A stretch of 64,000 nucleotides of DNA from Octopus vulgaris (taxonomy: Eukaryota): the NCBI GenBank assembly GCA_951406725.2, contig OX597831.1, positions 1,550,001-1,614,000 of the forward strand. Reading direction: 5' to 3'. Both the position numbers and the translations under genes were made by a program. Shown here in pieces: positions 26,877 through 40,171 of this stretch. How positions within the stretch are numbered: position 1 is the first letter of the stretch; the number at the start of each line of letters is the position of its first letter. Below the pieces are notes generated by a model. That model was given only the letters and a program-made list of their open reading frames with translations, was not told the DNA's origin and searched no databases.

Positions 26877-27462
26877 GAATTTTAGAAATAACAATAGAGG
26901 ATCAATTTTCAAATACAGCTATTTTACTATTTTTGCATGAAAAATAATTTAGGTGGGCTGTGCCATCCCCATTCACTTCATCACAATGCATGGTAACAAA
27001 TGTTTCATAGATCTACAGGGGGAGCTACAGCTGCTAGTTTAACCTGCAGGAAACACCATTCAAATCTCAAAAAAAAAAATTGCACATTAGTATCTTGAAA
27101 AAGACTACGTTATGCAACACGATGTAATCTACAATACGCTAAGTTTGAATAAAAGACAGCATGGCCAGAGCAAAAACATCTTTGCTCAGTGCTTGACAAT
27201 AGGAAAACTAAGCCAAAACTGATTTTTTTGTGGAAGGATAAAAGTTACAAGCTTCATAAAGAGAAATATATGATTATCACCTACATTGTTATAGAACCAA
27301 TGAGGAAACTTCAACATGATAAATCTACAGGCTTGAAAATGCAGCCAAATCTCAGACACATTGATCAATGTAGTTCTGGATACTATATACTTATAAAAAA
27401 AATTGCCAAAGACTATCATGACAAAAATGGATTTATTCTATCAGTAAGGGTGTGATTTGAAC

Positions 27463-28100
27463 TATCAAGGTCGGCTGAAAAGTTCACAGGATGTCTATGA
27501 AGGAGTAATACTGGAGTTGTGAAATCTTATATGCATTCATTCCAATGCTTCTTTATTAATAATGCATTGTTTATTTCCAGGTCAACTGACATCTGACTCT
27601 TCATAGACTTAGTAACTAGTAGCAACTTTCCTTAAAAATGGACAAAATTTGGCATCATGGTGTTATCAATACCTGGAGAAGAAGGGTTTAGCTCCCAAGG
27701 ACATTCATTCTGATATGTTTGCTGTATTAAAGGATGACACTCCAGCTTTAATAACAGTGCAAATGTGGGCAGCTGGATTCAGGAGGGGGAAGAGAGAGTC
27801 TTGAAGATGCCCCAGGGTCTGGATGTCCTGCAACTGCCACCACTGAGGAAAACATTGATCATATTCACCACATGTTGATGGATGACAAGTGATTGACAAT
27901 AAATCAAATAGCCAATGCTATTAGCATATCTTATGAGGGAGTTGAGAATATTCTGCACAATGAGCTTGGCATGATAAAGGTTTCTGCCCTGTGGGTGCCA
28001 CATCTTCTGACACCTGATCAAAAGTGCACCAGGCTGATCACATAACAAGAAAATCTGATATTGTTTGGGGCAACTGGTTCCCTTGAAGGTTTATAAACCC
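27463..28100 (+). mobile_element. mariner transposon relic (5' TIR plus N-terminal transposase, frameshifted)
   Basis: Translates to MDKIWHHGVI...FRRGRESLED...ILHNELGMIKVSALWVPHLLTPDQK (WVPHxL motif). Confidence 0.88.
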
Positions 28101-29541
28101 AGGACAAGTGTTTAAAAGCAATCACACATAAATTTCCAATTAAGAGGAAGTCTGAACATGGTAATTTTGTCTACTAAAAATAGCAGTAAAATCTCTCACA
28201 CATTACACTCTTACTGTCTTAAATATGGAAAAGACATTAAACAATGTATTCCTACATAGCCTAAAACTTAGACTGGGTTGGTCACATCTGGAATCAATGC
28301 TTTTGATTATGTTTTCATGTCAGGGGTCGTTCATTTCAATTAAGACCATCTTATTTAACGGAGGTTTCAAGCAAGTTGGGCCTTCACCTAAAGGTTCCCA
28401 CAATGATTCATAGGGTGCACAGTCATAAAAGACAAGCTGTACATTCCCAAATGATTCCATGGGCCAAAGTCAATTCTCCCAGTGTAGTTATTTTATTTAT
28501 TGCACAAATGCTTTTAAGAAAGAAATTAACATAAATTTCATTTTCCTAGCCTATGAAGTCAATAGGTCTCTGTTGATGACTATTTCTCAAACAGTTGGCA
28601 ACTGCACTAGTGTATGAGAATGATAGAAAAAAACCCTTCATCATTGGTTGACACCTTTCATTCACAATATCCTTCATATACCAGCATTTGAAAATGCTTT
28701 TATTTTACACAATATAAACAGCCAACTGCTGTTAAATGAAGGGTTGGATGAAATTAATAGATATTAATGCAAAGAATACATAATATTGGGAACAGGTATA
28801 GCTATATGGTAAAGAAGTATACTTCACCATTATACTGTGCAGTTTAAGTAATCTAAAACAGGCAACCTTGTCAGCTCATAAATGTACAAGTTACTATTGT
28901 TGTTATTTAGCCTAAGAGCAGGCTTAGACTGAGTATACCCATGATCAAAGACACTCCAGCTATGCCCATCTCATTCTTCTCTTGGATATGAGACAGCATT
29001 GTGCAATGTGTCCCTCTCTTTTCAAGACAGTAGGGTATAATTAGAGGGAGACTTAGCAGTTATCTCTATCTAGTAGGAATGCCTGCCAAAACTACATAGA
29101 AGCTCTCTCATTGATTCATTAAATATGCTTCCACATTCTCTATTGAGAAATTCCTTAACACTGAACAGTTCCACTTATTGATACCTCTGTAATTCAATAC
29201 ATCAATATACAGTACTACTACTACTTATAAATGTTGTTCATAAGCTTCATATGAACATTATGATTACATAGGATTATCAATGGCATTCCAGCCATGACCA
29301 TCTAGTATTTTTTAAACTGGGACAACAGATTCTCTAATGTATTTTCTGGGAGTTTTTTTTTAGGCATTCATAGTTAGCAGGGTGTGATTTTAATGAGATT
29401 CTGTTGCTATTGCTGCCATATATTTTATCCATCACATCCAGATAGTAGTTCTTAGTATGATTTACAACTCTTTCAGATCAGGACTGACCTGGGGCTAAAC
29501 AATAACAACATAACTGATATATGCTTATTACACACACACAC

Positions 29542-29637
<96 letters not shown>

Positions 29638-31557
29638 CTTTTGACCAAACATCAAACTATTATATAAGAGACGTTAGATGAGACTGATTCTGGTTTCCAG
29701 ACCAATAGAGAAATTTATTCTTTGTGAAATCGACTCAGATATGATTGCTATATCTAACAAGTCAAACGACCACATAGGCTTGACTGTCGGTATGTATTTT
29801 ATTTGGCCCCCAAGATTGTAGTCTGAACTAACAAGAATAACCTAAGGAAACCAGAGATTGTAATGTATCCAATTTTATTATAGCTTCCATGTAGTATTGT
29901 ACTATAACTATTCATCCTGTCCCTTTCTCTTATTCTAAACATGTTATCTAGCCCCGGTCAACTCCGTCCAAGCATATGGGTGGGTACGCATCCACTGATA
30001 GGATCCGTAGACAAGACAAGGTGTGATCATTGCGATCCAGTCAATTTTTAAAAAAATAAATACATTAAAAAAAAGAGGGAAAAACCTTTAGAATCGGACG
30101 AGAAATTTAGAAATTTCTCTTCGATCGGATTTTATGTATACAAAATACACATAAATGTTATCAGAAGAAAAAAATTGTTTATAAACATAATTTAAAGTTT
30201 AATAAACAAATTGTTTTTTTTTCTTTTAATTTAAATTATTTTATTCCATCAATTTAAAGAATACGATTACATAAACAGATCGGGGTATAATTTTTTCTGT
30301 AATTTACATCAGATGAATTCATCCAAATCACTTGATAAGTAATTGTTTACATGCCACACAATAGTCTTTCCTAGTTAACAGTTAAGTCTTATTAGGTATA
30401 GTTCACATATAAACACATGCCGATTGATCTGTCCGTTACAAGAGAAAAATAATTTGGAAAGTGACACTAAATATTTTAGATTTTTAATGTACTTTAGCTG
30501 TCTTTAATTATCAACATTTCTTTAATCATTATATTTTTTTTATAATTAAGAAAAAATAAATTTTTTAAAAAAGGTCGAATTTTCGTTCCAGTGTACTTGT
30601 AAACATTAACCTTTATTAATTTTATTGTGCTTCAATATTTTATTTTAGAGCAGTATATTTGAATGTATACAATTCCTTTCAACCAACACAAACCCCGTGA
30701 TTTACAAGAGGTATAGGAGGAGGAAAGGCTATTTTAGTCATATAGAGCCTGATTGATTACCTCCCCATGATTCTTTTGGAAACCCTTTAAATTGATGAGC
30801 AACAACATATTATTAATCTAAAATTTTGGCACAATTTCGGGGGGCAGAGGGTACGTCGATTACATTGACCCCAGTGCTCAACTGGTGCTTGTTTTATCCA
30901 CACCCCGAAAGAAGCACCGACATGTTATTAAAAGTTGTTCTTGCTACAGCTTCTACATTCTCCAATGCATCTTTCCCTTTTTTTTCCCCCCTAAAAAAAA
31001 AAATAGGGTGTCGTTTAAAGAATTTGGTTGCTATTTCTCACATGTCAAAGGATTTGCAGAGCCCCACTTTCGGCATGCCCCAGTTTCCTGTCCGCTCGAT
31101 AAATTCTTATGGTTTCAGACAGAAGGAAGGATTCCGAATATTTTCGTATTCTGACATAACAATCTGTTATTGTTGTGTGTTTGATTAATTTTTGTTTTGT
31201 TTTGTTACCAGATGAAACCTAATTACAGTTTTAAAGTTGAGAAAAGGGTAAACAAAGATTTCTTTGCCAGGAAAGCAGCACAAGCCAATCCATTGTTGTG
31301 GTGCACCTGAGCACTGTATACAATTAATTTCATTATTATTTTATATAGATTTAGTCTTCGATGTCGTGATGATGTAAGAATTATAAATAAGGTTTAAATA
31401 CGGTTTATATACTTTTGATGTATGTTTTAAAACAAACAAAAAAAAGAAATAGAGTAAATGAATGATAGATTCTACAGAATTAGAGACTGGGCCAATAAAA
31501 TACTTGCATATAAAAATAGTCTGAAGCAAGATTTGGGTAAGAAATGTTATTAAATCT

Positions 31558-31603
31558 ATGTCAGACGACACTTTGCCAGATCGCTACAAGTGTCGTCTGA
31601 CAT
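31558..31603. repeat. Perfect 16-bp inverted repeat, 14-nt loop
   Basis: atgtcagacgacactt ... aagtgtcgtctgacat. Confidence 0.95.
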
Positions 31604-31706
31604 TGATATCAGATGAAATAATTCACGGCTGAAAACAGTCAAGTAATTATTATTCAGTACAAATTGAAGAACAATTAAAGAATGAAACAAATAAATATCA
31701 ACTTAC

Positions 31707-31769
31707 AGTTACGATTGTTACAACAACTGTGAAAAGACAGATATAAAATAGCCTCGTTAAACTACTCAT
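31707..31769 (-). CDS. TMEM9: TMEM9-family protein, coding exon 1 (signal peptide MSSLTRLFYICLFTVVVTIVT)
   Basis: aaaacATG at 31769, 21 hydrophobic codons, GTAAGT donor at 31706-31701, phase 0 matching the next exon. Confidence 0.8.
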
Positions 31770-32019
31770 GTTTTCCACTATGATGGCCAACTCCACTTAG
31801 CATAGCGAACGTGATTCACAAAGCAAAAGAGTAGTCGATTCTAAGGGAGATAATTCTACTGAAACTTTGCATGGTGACAACTTCGGCTTTATATTGTTTT
31901 TCTAGTGTCACTATACCAAGGTTTTTTTTTTATTCCTTAAATAGGAAATAGGAGTGAGCATGATAGCATGGTTGATGCTAGACTGGAATTATTAGTAAGC
32001 GGTGGTTGAACGTAAAAAC

Positions 32020-33010
32020 ATGGACGATTGCATGCAGAGGTTTCGTTGCTCTGTCCGCAACGTGGGCACGTAGGTGAAACCGAGACGCCGTGCCTCGCGA
32101 GTTTATCCCGAACTGACAAAGCATTTCGGAAGCACAGCCAAGCCAGGAACCTGTTGAAGTTGTCCATAGGTCCCGGGCTGAAAGTCCTTCGATGCAGGTT
32201 CACAAGTTAACTTCCATCGAAACCCAGAGTCTCTACCAGCCCTCTATAGTAAGCTGAGGTGGTACCCCCTTTGCCAAGATTGCTCGTTCGGGAGAGAAGC
32301 ACGAGCGCCTGTCGACCCTCTGCTTGCCAAGGTCCCAGCCTTGGTCTACGCCTGGTCCAGATTTCCAGTTCACCAAAAGAGGTGAATCTGGGAAATATCT
32401 CGTCAATGAACAGAGACCATGCCCGCTTACAGTCCAGGTAGAACCAGGGATGCATCAACCTCAGCGTATGCTTGCACATCTTTAGCCACGGTATCCCTAA
32501 CCCACCCTTTAGCGACTGTTGGCAGCAGATAGAGCGCCTTACAAGAGGCCACCTGCCATCACACAAGAAATGAAAGAGCATGCGTTCCAACTTGCTCAGC
32601 TACGAATCAGGGCACGGCACGACGGCTAGGTGGTAGGTAATGACAGATGCGATAAACACATTTTCCACCTCCACCCTCCCTTTCAGAGATATCTTCCACC
32701 CAGACCAGGTCTGGGATACGGACGCCACCCTGCTCGTAAACTCGCTCCATTTTTTCTGTCTGGAGGTCTGGACCAAACAAGACCCCCAAGTATTTTCACC
32801 AGACTGTCTGTTCAGCGTCCGACGATGCTGTTGGACGGCATCGACTTGCCTCTCCAGGTGCCGAGCTGCAAACCCACTGACTTATCCCGATTAATTCTTG
32901 CTCCTGCCACTGCTTCGTAATCCTTTAGGGCCTCACCTACCCTCTGTAAGTCATGGTCCCTGAATACGATGACAGTGACATCGTTCGCATACGCTGTTAC
33001 TGACATTCCA
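32020..33010 (-). mobile_element. L1/Tx1-clade LINE relic (RT C-terminal half to zinc knuckle)
   Basis: AYANDVTVIV, INRDKS, GGLGIP and CPRCGQSNET across frameshifts. Confidence 0.85.
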
Positions 33011-33926
33011 CACCCTAAATCTTGCGGGTCTCTACTCGTCGCTAGATACCGATGGTCTACCCTATTTTCAAGGAAAGTAAAATCACTATTTGACAAATTG
33101 CTACCTGTCAAGAAAACAAAAAGTACCAGAAAAGACATAGCACGGTTTTTAAAAGTTGATGAAAAGGTGTCTATGAGGACATACAAGAATGGAAAGCAGA
33201 GTCGGGAAGATGCATAGGTAAAATGATGTATTGGGTAAAAAGTAAAAAATGTATACAAAAGAGACACAGAAACCAACTGAAAAGAGATTCATGGAGAGCG
33301 AACCAAAGAAGTTGGAGAACCGATAGAATGGTTGTAGGATACGTTCCAAGTACCAGAGGCACTGCAGGTGATTGAACCCAGGAGTACAAGTGAGAAGAAA
33401 AGGAAACATACAGAGTTCCTGAAAATAGATTCCAAGCACAAAAAATACTCAAAAGGAGAAGTGAAGTGAATAAAATAATTATTGCTAAATAGAATGATTC
33501 TTCCTAAGAAAAACTTAAAATGGGAGATGTTATAGGGAATTAGTAATAATGGTGCACTCCTCCCACGTGACGAATGGAATAACATAGTCACTATAAGTAA
33601 AGAGAAGTACCGAAGTACGTAGTAGGCGTCAGAGATAGTCGTGTCTTTACTGGTTTTACTAAGTATATTGTATACCGAAGTGGGCGTTGCAACAGGCCAA
33701 CATTAAAAAGATTATAACAGTTTCTAGTCTTGCTACTAACTAAATCCGGCCGATTCATTTCACCTCTTGCCGAAAAGTGCGGGGAATCGCCGCTATGAAA
33801 ACCATATTATTATTCTTCAGCATTTAACAGTTGTTTTAACTTCTTACTCAACACATTCGCGCGCGTGTCCGCACGCTCGCGCATGTGACTGTATTACAGT
33901 CATGAATTTTGCATAATTTATCTATA

Positions 33927-34315
33927 GGCGCAGGAGTGGCTGTGTGGTAAGTAGCTTGCTTACCAACCACATGGTTCCGGGTTCAGTCCCACTGCGTGGC
34001 ACCTTGGGCAAGTGTCTTCTACTATAGCCTCGGGCCGACCAATGCCTTGTGAGTGGATTTGGTAGACGGAAACTGAAAGAAGCCCGTCGTATATATGTAT
34101 ATATATATATATATATATAAGTGTGTGTTTGTGTGTCTGTGTTTGTCCCCCTAGTATTGCTTGACAACCGATGCTGGTGTGTTTATGTCCCCGTAACTTA
34201 GCGGTTCGGCAAAAGAGACCGATAGAATAAGTCCCGAGTCGAGTTGCTCGATTAAAGGTGGTGCTCCAGCATGGCCGCAGTCAAATGACTGAAACAAGTT
34301 AAAGAGTTAAAGAGT
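33927..34315 (+). mobile_element. SINE family A
   Basis: Full head to tail, with a small internal deletion. Confidence 0.9.
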
Positions 34316-34489
34316 CTCGGCTGCGTATTCACAGAGCCTTTTAACAAACTTTATAGAATTGTCTTTTCCAGTGTGTATGTTTTGTTGTTGTCTTATTAAT
34401 TTCTGACCAACATGAAAAATGTTTTGTGCGGTGAATAAAGTTCCTGTTAATAGTTCGCCAAGTGTTACTCGTCATTTACACGCAGACGA

Positions 34490-34832
34490 AGGCATGGCTG
34501 TGTGGTGCCGAGCTCAGTGCCACCGCGTGATACCTTGGACGAGTGTCTTCTACTAAAGCCACGGGCTAAACAAAGCCTTGTGAGTGGATTTAGTAGACGG
34601 AAATAGAAAGAAGCCGGTCGCATGTGTGTATGTGTGTTTGTCCCCCCACTACGACTTGACAACCGGTATTGGTGTGTTTACGTCCCCGTAACTTAGCGGT
34701 TTGGCCTAAGAAACTGATAGGGTAAGTACCAGGCTTAGCAAAAATAAGTACTAGGGTCAATTCATTCCACTAAAAATTCTTCAACGCGGTACCCCAGCAT
34801 GGCCGCAGTCCAATGACTGAAACAAGTAAAAA
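34490..34832 (+). mobile_element. SINE family A, older subfamily
   Basis: Diverged colinear match. Confidence 0.8.
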
Positions 34833-35947
34833 TAAAAAGAAAACGTCCATTTTTATCTTTTTGACACCATTTATACGCAGCCAGAGCACTACATGTCGGG
34901 CAAACGAATACATATATACAAATAATATTTCTTTCTTCTTGGCGTTGATTCTTCTATGTTTACTGGTTATTCCGACGCGGGAATCGAAAATGAAAAAATG
35001 TGTGTAATATGCAACACAGGCAGTAAACAAAAATAAAATAGAATAGAGTGGTGACATTTAGTAGAGATGACCCGGAAGTTGTTGCTATTTCGATTACTAT
35101 AGCAAACAGCAGTGGCTTTCTTCAATTGAATACACGTCGTTGATTGGTTAAAATTACCCAAATACGACAACTTCAACACGAAATAACTTCTAAAATACGA
35201 AATTTTGTCAAAAATGTTGAAAGTAAACTGTGTTGAGCATGAGAAATTACACCAGTATACGAAGTTTCAAACTGTCTGGTTAAAAATAAATTTTTAATCA
35301 GTGAGTGAAACTGAACAGATCGATATATCCAGAAATGGAAAAACTATCGAAATACAGCGACCAGGTAATATAAGACCTGTAAGATAAGATTGGTAAAAGA
35401 AAAAGAAAAATAATAATCCCCATTGTAATAGATGCTTTTGGAAGTGAAAAAAAAAAATGATACGTAGTGAAATATAATAACCCAAATCGCCATTTATATG
35501 CAGCACTCAGAACATGTAGAATACGAACAACGGAACAAAAGAACACAAAATTGAAAAAGGGGGAAAAAAAAAGATGGGGGGAGAAGGAAACCAAACGCTG
35601 CAAGATAGAGAATTGCAATAGTTTAACAATGAAGGTACATTGCAAGTTTAAGTCAATTGGAAAAGTAATAATGACGGCAATAATAGCTTATTTGTGTATT
35701 TTAAATCATAGAAATTACTGTTACGGTGATACGACATTGTTGGTTAATAGCACAGTCTCAAATCAAATATATTGCAAGCAGAAACAATAAAGCCGTAGAT
35801 ATCTTGCTATTTCATTCCCGTCGTTTCTACAAATGTATGATAAACGACGTTATAAGAAATCAATAGACTGAGGTATAGATGGTAATATAATTATTGATAT
35901 TAAGGTATTTCGGGAGAAAGTCAATAAAACAATATTTTTTAATGATT

Positions 35948-36354
35948 ACTCTTTTACTCTTTTACTTGTTTCAGTCATTTGACTGCGGCCATGCTGGAGC
36001 ACCACCTTTAGTCGAACAAATCGACCCCGGGACTTATTCTTTGTAAGCCCAGTACTTATTCTATCGGTCTCTTTTGCCGAACCGCTAAGTGACGGGGACG
36101 TAAACACACCAGCATCGGTTGTCAAGCAATGCTAGGTAGACAAACACAAACGCACACACACACACACACATATATATATATACATATATACGACAGGTTT
36201 CTTTCAGTTTCTTTCTGTCTACCAAATCCACTCACAAGGCATTGGTCGGCCCTGGGCTATAGCAGAAGACATTTGCCCAAGATGACACGCAGTGGGACTG
36301 AACCCGGAACCATGTGGTTGGTTAGCAAGCTACCTACCACACAGCCACTCCTGC
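35948..36354 (-). mobile_element. SINE family A, full length
   Basis: Colinear reverse-complement match. Confidence 0.9.
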
Positions 36355-37649
36355 GTAAAAAAAATGTTTTTTTTACAAATAGTTTAACATTTCATTAGCA
36401 GCTTTTAAATGTTGTCTTCAAATTACCTACTACTAGAAAGGATGTAACAAAAAAAAAAAAAAGATATGTTCATACTCTAAAAATGATATTAAAGTATTTT
36501 CGTAACAAACGTAGAAAGTATAATTTATCGGAAATATTCATATTTTTCCCCATTGAACATCATATCTGGGACAATGTTATTGATACTCACACACACATTC
36601 ATATCCTAGACAACATTCAAGACGAAGATATTCGAATGATTAGTAATTATTTATTCATCAATACAGAAAAGCTGTTTCCTTTTTCTACTTATAATCACTA
36701 CTGTAATGTTGTCTGTTCTTCTGAAATACTTCACTGCCTACTCTCTCTATCTAAGCCCACCTAAACCATTTAGATCTTCTGCATCATCCAATCATTCTTC
36801 TTCAGAAATGAAATCGTTCGGTAACCATGTAACGAATAGCTTCGTAGATTCTTCGCCGATTTTCGAAACCTAGCCTAGATTTTTCTCTGAGTTCCTTCCT
36901 ATTCTCGGCGTTAACACTTACAATTTATGAGGGTCGACTATTGCCGTTAAGTTCTATTGTTCAAGTGAACATTCTTGGGTTAAATACAAGTCAATAGAGA
37001 TAAACTCATTACTTTCCATTGTTCTGTAACCTACACCCAGCTTTCCAACATGTATAAATACAGTACCCAAACTTAATATACTTGGTGCTTACCCAAAGGA
37101 ACGTTTCAGTAATGACTCGTCACGGCAGGGCTACACAGTTTTCACCCTCTCAGCTTGTCAATGCAGAGAGATACATTCTCTTACTTTCCCTCTCCTTCTT
37201 CCAACCATCTTCTAGCGATCACTTACAGATAAGTTTAACTACCTACAAAATGGACCGTGGGATTTTAACCTATCCTTGTACAACAACTCGAAGAAGATGA
37301 TTCTTATAATGTAACGATAAAATAAAGGCCACATCAATTATTGTTTCTCTCATGTTAATCATTGCTACATATATAATCGTCACAGTTGCATGAATACGTG
37401 CATGCATCACAGAAAGAAGGAGGGAGGGAGGGAGAGAGAAAGAGAGGGTTGCCATAATGTCTAAATATCAAATGGGGACCACCTTCAAATTATAGAGGTA
37501 TCATAGGTATTGGTACTTGTTTGAAGAATTTTTTGAATAATTTTCCTGGTGCGCAATGTACGTCCTTTTCTTTCCTATTATAAAACTCTAATCTTCAAAA
37601 TAAAAAGCTAGAACATACTTAGGTGACTACTCATTATTTAAAACAAATA

Positions 37650-38510
37650 AGGTGAGTCGAGTCAGGTCAGATACGAGAGTATGCACCCCCATATCTAACC
37701 TGACTTACCATGGGTTGCAGCGTGTCCTTGCACCTATCATTTGTCCGTTTTTACTCGGGTCGCTCCGGGAAACCCTCTGAGTAGTGTCCCAGTAAGCCCC
37801 CATCTCTGCAAGATACTTCATCCACCATGACCGTGTAGCACGTAGTCGACCAACACGAGCCGCACCCCAGCCGGATACTCAGGAAAGAGAACACGATACG
37901 TAGGATCCAACTCGGAAAATCGAGCAATATGACCGAACAGTTTGAGCTGACGCTCCCATATTATACACATAACAGGACGCATCCCGGTTTCTGCGTATAG
38001 CCGTTGGTTAGATAGAAATTCCAACTAATAGTAACCCACAATAATGCGAAGCGTTCTGATACCAAAGGAATTCAAGCGGCCTCTAAGGACCCCTCGGAAA
38101 GTGTCCATTCCTCGTAGCTATATAGCAAGACAGAAAGAACCAAAGACCTGGAGACCCGAACCTTTGTTCCCCTGCTTAGATGTCGACATCGCCAAACACC
38201 CTTGTCCAGTGAGTCCACAATTGCAGCAGCACGTCCAAGTCTTTATAAGACTTCGAAATCGTAGCTAATGCTGCAATGGACCACACAGCCGAGATAAGTG
38301 AAGCGGTCAACAGCCTCGACTTTTTAATCTGCAACAGAGATAGACGAAATGGAACTCCACAACAAGTCAACAAAAGTCTCTCCCGAGTACTTCTCGAACG
38401 CAGGCGAAGTTTTCGGCAAATTGCTGCTTGCGGCTTATGTCAACCTCCTCAAGGCGTTTGACTCGGTGAACAGGGATGTGCTCTGGAAGATTCTGTAGCT
38501 GCAAAGTATA
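37650..38510. mobile_element. RTE-like LINE relic with an inverted 5' segment
   Basis: Minus strand: TKVRV..SLVLSVLLYS.E.W and RQLKLFGHIAR. Plus strand 38270-38510: AYVNLLKAFDSVNRDVLWKIL. Confidence 0.75.
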
Positions 38511-39214
38511 CTTCCCTGACTAAGCCACTACTAGAACATTAAGAGCAGTTCGGCAATAAGGTCGGGACACTATCAATTTTGATTAATTACATAGCATATT
38601 CAGAATCCATGGAATAAGTCATTTTTCATCACAGAATACAGGAATAAAGAAAATATCTTTTAATTAACTACAATATCCATCTACTTGTGACTTGAGAGTG
38701 CCGTTACGACGTAGGTACATCGCACTCCCCGCTAGTCCTCTCGTAAAGACACGCACCGCTCTGGAGAATGTGACAAATCAATAGCAAAGGACAAAATCAA
38801 ATACAAAAACAAAAGTCCGATGAACCTTCACTATTGATATAATTAGGCTGACGCTAAAAAAAAAAAGACAAAAGATCTAAAGGGGAAGTTCTAGAGTAAG
38901 AGTGAATAGTAAAGCTATAAAGAGCTATCTATCGGACTAACACTCCAGAGGACCCTAATTTTGGATTACCTCACACTCTATATTACATCCCCGGATTAAA
39001 TTAACACCACTGGATAATAACTCGGAGTACATCGATTCTTCAGCCTTGATTATGATAATTATGATATGAGTATGTTCGTTACTATATAATTAAGGTGTGC
39101 TGGGCAGGGTTAGAACTCATATTTTATTTCAACCGCCTTTTTTTTTTTTAAACATTCTTGGAACGTAAGTCTTTCATTCATTATCGAGACATTTCAGTAC
39201 CAAGCGGGACAAAT

Positions 39215-39447
39215 ATACCTATTTCTTTACTACCCACAAGGGGCTAAACACAGAAGGGACAAACAAGGACAGACAAACGGATTGAGTCGATTATATCGAC
39301 CTCAGTGCGTAACTGGTACTTATTTAATCGACCCCGAAAGGATGAAAGGCAAAGTCGACCTCGGCGGAATTTGAACTCAGAACATAGCGACAGACCAAAT
39401 ACTGCTGAGAATTTTGCCCAGTGTGCTAACAATTCTGCCAGCTCACC
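39215..39447 (-). mobile_element. tRNA-derived SINE family B (central ggtcgactttgcctttcatcctttcggggtcga domain)
   Basis: B-box GAGTTCAAATTC. Related copies at about 10425-10645(+), 11730-11950(-), 12237-12420(-), 19470-19665(-), 20630-20823(-), 20990-21198(+), 21840-22030(-), 48840-49045(-), often ending in (ATT)n. Confidence 0.85.
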
Positions 39448-39514
39448 AACCGGATGGTACACAACGACAGACCCTTCGAAACGGAACCGTATGGCATCCC
39501 CACTGTCCCCTCGC

Positions 39515-39549
<35 letters not shown>

Positions 39550-39737
39550 ATGTATGTATGTATGTATGTATGTATGTATGCATATATGTATGTATGTATG
39601 TATGTATGTAATGTATGTATGTATGTATGTATTTACAAGCATAAACTTGAATGAGGTCGATGAAAACTGAGTTGTTGTTGGTGGTGTTGTGTTGTTTATA
39701 ACCAGATCAGTAAGGTAAAAAACATTGATTCACCTGG

Positions 39738-39745
39738 CCGGAAGT
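39738..39745 (+). promoter_or_regulatory. ETS-type motif CCGGAAGT upstream of the three-finger gene
   Basis: Exact ETS core about 190 nt before the ATG. A second ACCGGAAAT lies near 39885. Confidence 0.3.
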
Positions 39746-39930
39746 TAGATAATTGTCATGGCAATTAAGGTATATAGCGCTTAATTAAAAATAAACGAGA
39801 TAGAGTAAGTTGACTATAAAATATCACGGAACTGTTGCAAGACTGCAGCCTACAGCATCATAAATAACGAATGAAACAGTAACCACCGGAAATCCTAGTG
39901 TTTGGAATTTTTTGCTTTTATTGAGTTTAT

Positions 39931-39991
39931 ATGGCTGCTTTTGTTAGATTTGTTATTATCTCCTGTTTCCTTTACAGTAAAATAAATTATG
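39931..39991 (+). CDS. Ly6/uPAR three-finger protein, exon 1 (signal peptide MAAFVRFVIISCFLYSKINY)
   Basis: ATG at 39931, hydrophobic core, phase-1 donor G|GTGCGT. An alternative phase-1 donor A|GTAAAA follows 39976. Phase fits exon 2. Confidence 0.6.
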
Positions 39992-40171
39992 GTGCGTATA
40001 ATATATACATAATATATACACACAGTCTTACGCACGCACAGCTATCATTCTCTCTCTTTGTACTTAATATATATTATTTATACATAATATGTATCATATT
40101 ATATACCTAATATATAATTATTTGTATATATGTGTGCGTGTATGTATAATAAATCGAAGGGGTGCAAAATT

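Noticed and set aside
35335-35364. Possible coding exon MEKLSKYSDQ
   Set aside because: No compatible downstream exon or recognisable homology. Phase 0 does not fit the three-finger exon 2.
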